From a virus: DNA of 64,000 nt. The stretch lies in the IMG/VR virus record IMGVR_UViG_2595698409_000001, one strand, 5' to 3'. The position numbers were made by a program, and so were the translations under genes. Positions 54,131-61,695 of the stretch are shown piece by piece (the first letter of the stretch is position 1; each line of letters begins with the position of its first letter). The notes below the pieces were generated by a model. The model did no database searches. It was not told the origin of the DNA and worked only from the letters and a program-made list of their open reading frames with translations.

Positions 54131-55152
54131 AAATATTACTGATTACTGATCAACACTTTGGAGTTAGAAACGATAATCAGTCTTTTATAGATTTATATAA
54201 GAAGTTTTATAATCAATTTGTTATCCCCTTTATAAGAGTATCTAAAATTGATACTGTAATTGCTTTGGGGGATACCTTTGAAAAACGTCGCTCCATTAAC
54301 ATTATGTCACTGGAAGCAGCAAAGGAGATGTGGTTTACACCTCTTCAAGAGATGGGTGTTACGATGGACATGCTCGTAGGGAATCATGATATTTATTACA
54401 AGAATACTTTACGAGTTAACGCCCCAAGTGAGTTACTTGGAGAATACAACAACATCAACGTCATCACAGAACCTACCACTTCTGTTTATGATGGTCTTCC
54501 TATACTCCTTCTCCCTTGGATTTGCGATGAGAATCGTGCAGAAATTCTGGAAAAAGTAGGAAGTAATAAAGCAAAAGTATGCATGGGTCATCTTGAGCTC
54601 AATGGATTTGAGGCACATCCTGGTCATGTAATGGACTCCGGTATGGACAAAAATATTTTTTCTAAGTTTGATCGTGTCTTTAGTGGACACTATCATATGA
54701 AGTCTACCAACGGTAATGTCTCATACCTAGGCAATCCGTATCAACTATACTGGAATGACTATGGATGCAAGCGTGGATTCCATGTTTTCGATACTGAAAC
54801 ATTGAAGACTACTTTCTATCGCAACCCCTTTGATATGTTTCATAAGTTGCATTATAATAATGGTTTGGATATACCTGATGGATTGGAAGGATCCTATGTA
54901 AAACTTATTGTGGAAGAGAAGGGAGACTATGCTAAGTTTGACTATACTGTTTCTCAACTTCACGATGCTGGTATTGCAGATTTAAAAATCATCGAAGATC
55001 TTAGTGTCGAATTAGGGCAATCCGAAATCTTGGAGACTGAAGATACCATAACATTATTGGATAAATATATTGATGAAATTGATCTCAAAGTAAATCCTGA
55101 TAGTGTAAAAAGTATTATGAGATCATTGTATATCGAAGCCTGTGAGATATGA
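54127..55152 (+). CDS. gp47: Recombination nuclease gp47 (Mre11/SbcD-like)
   Basis: ITDQHFG, GNHD, GHLE, SGHYH, YLGNPY. Confidence 0.93.
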   Translation: MKILLITDQHFGVRNDNQSFIDLYKKFYNQFVIPFIRVSKIDTVIALGDTFEKRRSINIMSLEAAKEMWFTPLQEMGVTMDMLVGNHDIYYKNTLRVNAPSELLGEYNNINVITEPTTSVYDGLPILLLPWICDENRAEILEKVGSNKAKVCMGHLELNGFEAHPGHVMDSGMDKNIFSKFDRVFSGHYHMKSTNGNVSYLGNPYQLYWNDYGCKRGFHVFDTETLKTTFYRNPFDMFHKLHYNNGLDIPDGLEGSYVKLIVEEKGDYAKFDYTVSQLHDAGIADLKIIEDLSVELGQSEILETEDTITLLDKYIDEIDLKVNPDSVKSIMRSLYIEACEI

Positions 55153-55403
55153 TGTTTATCCTAACCGACAAAATTACTGGCGGTGTATACGCTGTCTATA
55201 ACAAAGAGAAAGTAAAGACTGTGCAAATTTTTGAAGAGGAGGATGATTGCATTAGATATAATAATATGCTCCTTGCTGACGGATATGAAGATGAGTTGGA
55301 AATTTTAGAAATCGATCTTCATGTGGTTGCAAGTAACTGTGATATGCATGGGTATTTTTATTCTGTAATTACTAAAAATGATTTTGTAATTCCTCCATTA
55401 TAA
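55149..55403 (+). CDS. Hypothetical protein (DUF3110-like)
   Basis: FEEEDD..RY..ML.A motif; located between gp47 and gp46. Confidence 0.65.
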   Translation: MMFILTDKITGGVYAVYNKEKVKTVQIFEEEDDCIRYNNMLLADGYEDELEILEIDLHVVASNCDMHGYFYSVITKNDFVIPPL

Positions 55404-55876
55404 TGAAAGTAATTGATAATTTTCTGCCTGATAGGATATTTAATAAACTTCAGGAAGGTATGATGTCGAATTTATTTTCCTGGTATTGGGCAGATGAGAA
55501 AGTGCCTGAGAATAATTCATATAGAAACTGCCAACTTGTGCATACTTTATATGAAAATAATACATCATACAGTGATTGGGATGTTAGTCCAGTAACTTCA
55601 CAGTTAAAGGTTAAAGCAATTCATAGGATAAAGGCAAATCTTACTTTGTATACACCAGAAATATATGAATACGGACTACACACAGATGTAAATTTTCCGT
55701 GCTATACTGCAGTTTATTACTTAAACACTAACGATGGGTATACAATTTTTGAAGATGGTGCTAAAGTAGAAAGTGTTGCCAATCGAATATTAATTTTCGA
55801 TTCTATGAAGATGCATACTGGCACAACATGCACTAATGAAAAAAGACGAGTGGTCTTAAATCTAAATTTCTTTTAA
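55403..55876 (+). CDS. 2OG-Fe(II) oxygenase-like protein
   Basis: GLHTD, TAVYYLNTNDGYT.F, NR...FD...HTGT...R.VLNLNF. Confidence 0.85.
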   Translation: MKVIDNFLPDRIFNKLQEGMMSNLFSWYWADEKVPENNSYRNCQLVHTLYENNTSYSDWDVSPVTSQLKVKAIHRIKANLTLYTPEIYEYGLHTDVNFPCYTAVYYLNTNDGYTIFEDGAKVESVANRILIFDSMKMHTGTTCTNEKRRVVLNLNFF

Positions 55877-55881
55877 CTGTT

Positions 55882-57603
55882 ATGATTTTATTTGAGTCTA
55901 TTCGCTGGAAAAATTTTCTTTCTACGGGCGATCAGTGGACAGAGATCAATCTTTCTGATAGTCCTTCCACATTAATTGTAGGACAGAATGGTGCTGGTAA
56001 GTCTACAATCCTTGATGTTTTGTGCTTTGCACTTTTCAATAAACCCTTTCGCAAAATTAATAAACCCCAACTTGTTAATACAATTAATGAAAAGGGATTG
56101 TCGGTAGAAATTTGTTTCTCAGTGGGCAGGGATGCCTATAAGGTATTCCGTGGAATAAAACCAAACATATTTGAAATCTATAAAAATAATAAGTTAGTTG
56201 ATCAGGATGCTGCCTCTAAAGATACGCAGAAATATCTTGAGCAGAATGTCCTTAAACTTAACTATAAATCTTTCACTCAGGTTGTTATTCTTGGCAGTAG
56301 CACCTTTGTGCCTTTTATGCAGTTGCCTGCTGCACACCGAAGAGAAGTTATCGAGGATCTTCTAGACATAGGAATCTTCTCTAACATGAATACCTTGCTT
56401 AAAGATAAACTTAGAATAGCACAGAGTCAGAGTAGAGACTGTGATCATCTCCTAATGCTTGCTGAGGGAAAAGTTTCAGCACAGAGTAAACTCATTTCCT
56501 CTTTGCAAGAAGTCAATCAAAATCGTCAAGAAGAAAAACAGAAAAAGTATGATGAAAATCTTTCTCTCATGAAGAAGGTGCATGAAGATAAGACTATTGT
56601 AGAGAAAGATATTGAAGATACTGAAAGTAAAATCGGTGACTATGATGCTGCAGCAAAAACATTAGCATCATTTCGTCAGGGTCAGGCAGATAAGAAGTCT
56701 GAGTTAAAATTCTTTTCTAAAGATCTAAAGTTTTTCAAAGGGCATGATGTATGTCCTACATGCACACAAGATATCAGTAACGATTTCAAAGAGAATCAAG
56801 TTGCTACATTGGTTAGATCTGGACAAACTCTTTCTAAGGAGATTGAATCTTTTAATAGAGATATTAAAGAAGCAACTGATATTGTTACTCAGATTTCAAA
56901 TCAATCTATGAAATTGAAAGAGTTGACAAGTAATCTTTCTAGTCTAGATCGAGACTACGTTAGACTTGAGTTTGACAACCTTCGTATTAAGGATGAGATT
57001 TTAAAGTTACAAAAAGACACTCCTAGTATTGATAACGAAACAAATTATCTAAAGGAGGTTGAAGATGAATATGCAAAAACTCAAACCGATTGCTCAAACA
57101 TCAGTAGAATGATCGATGAGTATCAAGTTGTATCTTCTCTGCTAAAAGATAGTGGAATCAAAAGTCAGATCATTAAAAAATATATTCCTATCTTCAATCA
57201 ACTTATTAATAAGTATCTACAGTCAATGGACTTCTATGTCAACTTCACACTTGATGAAGAGTTTAATGAAGTTATTAAGAGTCGCTTTAGGGATGAGTTT
57301 TCATATGCATCATTCTCTGAAGGTGAAAAGCAGAAGATTGATTTAGCACTTTTGTTTACTTGGAGGGAAGTTGCACGAATGAAAAATTCTGTAGCAACTA
57401 ATCTTCTTATCCTTGATGAAGTATTTGACTCATCTCTTGATGCCGAGGGCACTAATGAATTGTTAAAAATTCTTCGCAGTCTTGGAAAAGATTCCAACGT
57501 ATTTGTTATATCTCATAAAGGTGAGATATTGGTAGACAAATTCTTACGCACACTTAAGTTTGAAAAGGTTAATGATTTTTCTAAACTTTCTGATGACTCA
57601 TAA
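55882..57603 (+). CDS. gp46: Recombination ATPase gp46 (Rad50/SbcC-like)
   Basis: GQNGAGKST, CPTC zinc hook, FSEGEKQKIDLALLF, LILDEVFD, VISH. Confidence 0.95.
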   Translation: MILFESIRWKNFLSTGDQWTEINLSDSPSTLIVGQNGAGKSTILDVLCFALFNKPFRKINKPQLVNTINEKGLSVEICFSVGRDAYKVFRGIKPNIFEIYKNNKLVDQDAASKDTQKYLEQNVLKLNYKSFTQVVILGSSTFVPFMQLPAAHRREVIEDLLDIGIFSNMNTLLKDKLRIAQSQSRDCDHLLMLAEGKVSAQSKLISSLQEVNQNRQEEKQKKYDENLSLMKKVHEDKTIVEKDIEDTESKIGDYDAAAKTLASFRQGQADKKSELKFFSKDLKFFKGHDVCPTCTQDISNDFKENQVATLVRSGQTLSKEIESFNRDIKEATDIVTQISNQSMKLKELTSNLSSLDRDYVRLEFDNLRIKDEILKLQKDTPSIDNETNYLKEVEDEYAKTQTDCSNISRMIDEYQVVSSLLKDSGIKSQIIKKYIPIFNQLINKYLQSMDFYVNFTLDEEFNEVIKSRFRDEFSYASFSEGEKQKIDLALLFTWREVARMKNSVATNLLILDEVFDSSLDAEGTNELLKILRSLGKDSNVFVISHKGEILVDKFLRTLKFEKVNDFSKLSDDS

Positions 57604-57606
57604 ATA
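57600..57606 (+). promoter_or_regulatory. Late promoter (ATAAATA)
   Basis: Overlaps the gp46 stop, upstream of the 57629 ORF. Confidence 0.55.
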
Positions 57607-57628
57607 AACGTGGTGTGACCTAGATTTT

Positions 57629-57943
57629 ATGCTGTCAACGCAATATCGACTGCGCTTAGAATTCATTTGTAAGTGCATTGCCAACGGTGAGGAAGTAAAA
57701 CTAGATGATATGATCTGGGCAGAGAAACTTGCTAAGTCTCATACACTTGCTAGAGATTGGTTACAAAAAGCACGAAGGCAATCTTCTCAACAGATTGAGG
57801 AAGGTAGTACAGACGATTTTCTGAATAGGATGGGACTAGGTGATCCCGACCCATCCAATCACAAAACGGGATTTGATAGTGCTGATGATATTAAAAGCTG
57901 GTTTCAGCAAGACAAACCTGATGATTGGAGACAACGTGACTAA
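57629..57943 (+). CDS. Hypothetical protein (104 aa)
   Basis: MLSTQYRLRLEFICKCIANGEEVKLDDMIWAEKL... Confidence 0.75.
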   Translation: MLSTQYRLRLEFICKCIANGEEVKLDDMIWAEKLAKSHTLARDWLQKARRQSSQQIEEGSTDDFLNRMGLGDPDPSNHKTGFDSADDIKSWFQQDKPDDWRQRD

Positions 57944-58040
57944 GAAACAATACAAACAATTGCTGCTAGATCATTTCACAGAGCGGTTGGATAAACTCAC
58001 AGCAAAGGAATTGAAGGAACTTGCTGCGAGACACACATGA
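57936..58040 (+). CDS. Small hypothetical protein (34 aa, GTG start)
   Basis: MTKKQYKQLLLDHFTERLDKLTAKELKELAARHT*; coupled to both neighbours. Confidence 0.45.
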   Translation: MTKKQYKQLLLDHFTERLDKLTAKELKELAARHT

Positions 58041-58168
58041 AGGATTATGTCTGTGTCCCCATGTGGGATCCTATTTTCGAGATGATGCGTTATCATTGGG
58101 TGCATAAGTCAGAAAAGGATCCTGAGCAATTCGTGAAAAATCTTAACCCAGAGCAAGAAGTGCTATGA
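58037..58168 (+). CDS. Small hypothetical protein (43 aa)
   Basis: MKDYVCVPMWDPIFEMMRYHWVHKSEKDPEQFVKNLNPEQEVL*; ATGA-coupled. Confidence 0.55.
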   Translation: MKDYVCVPMWDPIFEMMRYHWVHKSEKDPEQFVKNLNPEQEVL

Positions 58169-58464
58169 GTAGTAAAATGCTATTCCTAGTTGACATTGGT
58201 AATGGTAGATGTCTCAGTCACGATGGATACATTCAAATTGGTATCTTCTCTCATAGTGTAGAGAAGCAGCTGGAGTTAAATCCCGATCAAGAATGGCAGG
58301 TAACATACTGGATGCCAGATCCATTCTGTATCAGATACCCAAGACCTAAGTATCAGCATAGCATGAAGGCGAATGAAGGTTCTCCTAAGACTGATAATGC
58401 TTTAGATAGTCGTCCTAGAGACTTCCCAGATCAAGCAACTGAAAGACTGGAGAGAACATTATGA
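58165..58464 (+). CDS. Hypothetical protein (99 aa)
   Basis: ATGA-coupled ORF. Confidence 0.7.
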   Translation: MSSKMLFLVDIGNGRCLSHDGYIQIGIFSHSVEKQLELNPDQEWQVTYWMPDPFCIRYPRPKYQHSMKANEGSPKTDNALDSRPRDFPDQATERLERTL

Positions 58465-58601
58465 AAATGTGGGAGACAAAATGCGTTGGATGTGGTAAAA
58501 TGACACCAGCGAATGAATGTCCTCAGGTAGGACATCAAGCACCTGATGGTAGTTGGGCAAATTCGTTATGTAAACCATGCTGGATAAAATCTAAGAAATG
58601 A
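58461..58601 (+). CDS. Small CxxC...CxxC putative zinc-binding protein (46 aa)
   Basis: MKMWETKCVGCGKMTPANECPQVGHQAPDGSWANSLCKPCWIKSKK*; ATGA-coupled to purS. Confidence 0.6.
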   Translation: MKMWETKCVGCGKMTPANECPQVGHQAPDGSWANSLCKPCWIKSKK

Positions 58602-58873
58602 AATTTAAAGCATTAGTATTCATCCGTCTGAGGTCACAGGTCGATGACTCTCCTGGTAATGCCGTGAGAGACGGTAGTAAGCGATTGTCTGAGTTAGATA
58701 TCAAGAAACTTAGACTTGGTAAGGTGATTGATATTTGGTTGGAAGCAGAGAGCAGAGAGTATGGCGAGAAAGAAATCGAAATGCTTTCTGATCGTTTCTA
58801 TGCCAATACAGTCATGGAAGACTGGGAGTATGAATTGACTGAGATTGAAGAATTTCCTAAAGGTATTGAATGA
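58598..58873 (+). CDS. purS: FGAM synthetase subunit PurS
   Basis: V.IRLR..V.D..GNAV, LRLGK.IDI.LEA, AN.VMEDW. Confidence 0.8.
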   Translation: MKFKALVFIRLRSQVDDSPGNAVRDGSKRLSELDIKKLRLGKVIDIWLEAESREYGEKEIEMLSDRFYANTVMEDWEYELTEIEEFPKGIE

Positions 58874-59067
58874 TGGATGATTTTAACACACCAGGATCTA
58901 ATAAGACTTGGATGGACGACGGATTTAAAAAGTATGCTGCTGAATGGCAACTCAATAATGTTGTGAGTCTATTGAATGCTGAGGTAAAACGCTGCCATGT
59001 ATACAACAGCGACAACCGAGATGAAGTATATAATCAGATTACTATTACATATAAACAGGAGGACTAA
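58870..59067 (+). CDS. Hypothetical protein (65 aa)
   Basis: Coupled to purS and purC. Confidence 0.6.
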   Translation: MMDDFNTPGSNKTWMDDGFKKYAAEWQLNNVVSLLNAEVKRCHVYNSDNRDEVYNQITITYKQED

Positions 59068-59765
59068 TGGAAGTAATTCTAGAAGGAAAAGTAAAGACTG
59101 TATATGAAGGTGACGATGCCGATCGTGTCATCATTGAGTATCATGATAGAGTGACAGCAGGTAATGGTGAGAAGGAAGATCATCCACTAGGTAAAGGATC
59201 TCTCTGTTGCAGTATCTCATCTGTTATTTTTGAGAAACTTTCTAAAGAACTTATCCCCAATCACTACATTAGTATGGTTGGTGCTAACAAGATGATCTGT
59301 AGAAAAGTGGATATCGTTCCCTTGGAAGTTATCTGTCGCAATCGTGCTGCTGGGTCTATTGTCCGTGAGACAACACTACAAGAAGGTTACTCACTACCAC
59401 ATCCTATTGTTGAGTTTTTCCTGAAGGATGATAACAAGCATGATCCTCTGCTCACAAAGGATCGTGTGCGTCTAATGGGATATGATCCAGAACCTTTCAT
59501 TGAGATGACACTAAGGATTAATGATTATCTCCGTCAGATGTTTTACATCATGGGCATTGACCTTGTAGATTTTAAAGTTGAGTATGGTTATACTGCACAT
59601 GGTGAGTTGCTACTTGCCGATGAGATCAGTCCTGACAGTATGAGACTGTGGAAGATTGGTGGTGATGAAAGATTTGATAAGGATCTATTCAGAAACGATG
59701 AGGGAGATATTGTCCCTGCCTATCGTGAGATTCTAGATAGACTACAACCACTTGCTATTCAATGA
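59067..59765 (+). CDS. purC: SAICAR synthetase PurC
   Basis: EGKVKTVY, PLEVICRNRAAGS, LVDFKVEYG, LADEISPDSMRLW, DKDLFR. Confidence 0.95.
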   Translation: MEVILEGKVKTVYEGDDADRVIIEYHDRVTAGNGEKEDHPLGKGSLCCSISSVIFEKLSKELIPNHYISMVGANKMICRKVDIVPLEVICRNRAAGSIVRETTLQEGYSLPHPIVEFFLKDDNKHDPLLTKDRVRLMGYDPEPFIEMTLRINDYLRQMFYIMGIDLVDFKVEYGYTAHGELLLADEISPDSMRLWKIGGDERFDKDLFRNDEGDIVPAYREILDRLQPLAIQ

Positions 59766-60034
59766 AACACGAAATCCCAGAGGAGATTAAGAAGAATGGA
59801 TTTGCTTGTTTCGGTAGTTTGAATCAAGCAGAGAGAGCATGTGTTTTACTCGGTGACGAAGCATATCGTGAGTCACTAGACCTTGACAACGATGATGCTC
59901 CCTGTTGGCAGATTCCAAGTGGAGAGCACTCTACTTTTGCTGGGTGGAATCCTCAGTGTGTACCCACCCTGGAGTATATTGTATGGAAACTAAAACGCCT
60001 TGACGGTATTATCAAAGGAGAAATCATTGGATAA
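59762..60034 (+). CDS. Hypothetical protein (90 aa)
   Basis: ATGA-coupled to purC. Confidence 0.65.
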   Translation: MKHEIPEEIKKNGFACFGSLNQAERACVLLGDEAYRESLDLDNDDAPCWQIPSGEHSTFAGWNPQCVPTLEYIVWKLKRLDGIIKGEIIG

Positions 60035-60200
60035 GTTGACAAACGAAGAGATGAGGTCTAAAATCAAGGAGTTTTCCGCACTTCTTAGAAGTCAAAGAGA
60101 CCACTGGGACAAGGAAGATCAAATTGGATTTACCTATTCTTGTGATCTTATCTCACAATCACTCATTACATTATACATTCGACTAGGAAAAACTGACTAA
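60027..60200 (+). CDS. Hypothetical protein (57 aa, TTG start)
   Basis: AAGGAG about 6 nt upstream of TTG 60027. Confidence 0.5.
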   Translation: MDKLTNEEMRSKIKEFSALLRSQRDHWDKEDQIGFTYSCDLISQSLITLYIRLGKTD

Positions 60201-60397
60201 TGGCACTATCTAATTCAGTTGAAGAATCACTTAACGAAGCATCAACAAATCTACGCAATGCATTAGCATATGCTGCTAGGCAAGAACGTCCAGTTGTTTG
60301 CACACAGATTGCTAAGATACTTAGTGATATTGACAGTATCGGATCAATGGACGAACTTCATGACTCACTTACGGACCTTTCTAATAAAAATAAGTAA
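60200..60397 (+). CDS. Hypothetical protein (65 aa)
   Basis: MALSNSVEESLNEA..NLRNALAYAARQERP. Confidence 0.7.
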   Translation: MALSNSVEESLNEASTNLRNALAYAARQERPVVCTQIAKILSDIDSIGSMDELHDSLTDLSNKNK

Positions 60398-61326
60398 TGG
60401 ATTACAAAACTTCTGGCGTTGACATTATCAAGGGACGTTCCTTTGTGGAGTATTTAAAAGTATTGGCACCTAACATTGGTGGTTTCAGTGGAATGATGGA
60501 AGTCCCATCAGGATATGAGAAACCTGTATTGGTATCTGGTGCTGATGGTGTCGGAACTAAGATGAATATTTGTAGGATTGCTAATGATTACTCCACTATT
60601 GGTCAAGACCTTGTTGCTATGTGCGTCAATGACGTTATATGTTCTGGTGCTAAACCATTATAATTTTTAGATTATGTCTCTGGCAAAACACTAGATTCTA
60701 ACATCAGTGACATTGTGTATGGCATCAATGTTGGATGCACAATGGCAGGAATGGAATTGTTAGGAGGAGAGACTGCCGAGCATTTCCGAGCAACTGATTA
60801 TGACGTTGCTGGTTTCTGCACTGGCATTGTAGAGAAGAATGATATTGTCGATGGTAGTAATATCAGAGCAGGTGATGTAGTCATTGGTATTGAGAGCAGT
60901 GGACTTCATAGCAATGGATACACTCTTGTCAATGATATGCTGTGGAGAAATTACATCTACTATAAAGAGATGCCTGAGTTGTTGAGACCTACCACCATCT
61001 ATGCTCGTCTTATTCAATACCTATTGGATGAAGTGCCTATCCTAGGCATGGCACATATCACTGGTGGGGGCATCCCTGAGAATCTTCCTAGGTGCCTTCC
61101 AAAGGGTCTGACTGTTGACGTGGACTATGGATCATGGGATGTCCCAGAAATGTTTGAGATCATTCAGAGTGCAGGTAATATCTCTGATGATGAGATGCGA
61201 AAGGTATTTAATATGGGCATTGGATTCTGTTTAGTTGTCCCATCAGATGTAGTAGAACTAACTCAGACTTTGATTGCTGACAAACCATTCGGTATGAGAT
61301 CTTGGGTTATTGCAAATGTGAAATGA
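60397..61326 (+). CDS. purM: AIR synthetase PurM, interrupted by in-frame TAA at 60661-63 (probable error)
   Basis: YKTSGVDI, DGVGTK, GQDLVAMCVND...GAKPL*FLDY, GGETAEH, SSGLHSNGYTL, HITGGG..ENLPR, FNMGIG; both ORF-track pieces are in one frame. Confidence 0.93.
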
Positions 61327-61337
61327 GTTGCTATAAT
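61310..61337 (+). promoter_or_regulatory. sigma70-type promoter
   Basis: TTGCAA (61310-15), 16 nt, TG-c-TATAAT (61332-37). Confidence 0.5.
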
Positions 61338-61375
61338 TGATACTATATAAACATGGGATTACTCACGAAACCAAA

Positions 61376-61624
61376 ATGAAAGCAATCATTTACAGTAATG
61401 GTAATATGGAATGTGAAAGAGCAGAAGCTCTTATGAATGCAATTCATATCGATGACACGATCATTTATAAAGTTGATGAAGACTTTACAGAAAATCAGTT
61501 TAAAGATGAATTTGGATCTGAAGCACAGTATCCTATGATTGCTTTGGGAATGCACCATCGTGGCACTCTTAAAGAAACCTTACATTTTATGAGCGATAAG
61601 GGAATGCTCGCATTGGTCCAGTAA
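61376..61624 (+). CDS. Glutaredoxin-like protein with a degenerate active site
   Basis: KAIIYSNGNMECERAEAL...F..EFG..AQYPMI; only the second Cys of CxxC is present. Confidence 0.6.
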   Translation: MKAIIYSNGNMECERAEALMNAIHIDDTIIYKVDEDFTENQFKDEFGSEAQYPMIALGMHHRGTLKETLHFMSDKGMLALVQ

Positions 61625-61663
61625 CCAAAGTGTCCCTGTAGTGGCCCTACACCTTGACGACAG

Positions 61664-61672
61664 TGCTATAAT
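61664..61672 (+). promoter_or_regulatory. Extended -10 promoter (TGcTATAAT)
   Basis: About 24 nt upstream of the 61696 start; the -35 element is poor. Confidence 0.5.
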
Positions 61673-61695
61673 AAATGAGTAAACGCAGAGAAGAC

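Noticed and set aside
54271-54305. gp47 motif reads GDTFEKRRSINIM where the family usually has GDxFD
   Set aside because: GAA versus GAT is again a single T/A swap next to an A run, so it is more likely the same error type than a real active-site change.
39850-57603. Introns, inteins or homing endonucleases in gp17, gp20, gp23, uvsW, gp46 and gp47
   Set aside because: Gene lengths look normal and no HNH, GIY-YIG, LAGLIDADG or intein motifs were seen.
37392-60663. Genome-wide TAA stop-codon reassignment
   Set aside because: TAA terminates many genes here (for example gp8, gp13-adjacent ORFs, gp21, gp46), the implied residues are inconsistent, and no suppressor tRNA is visible.
58598-61326. 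Purine genes as a sign of a 2-aminoadenine (Z) genome
   Set aside because: The genes are PurS, PurC and PurM, not the PurA-like PurZ; no purZ, datZ or mazZ motif was seen in the window.
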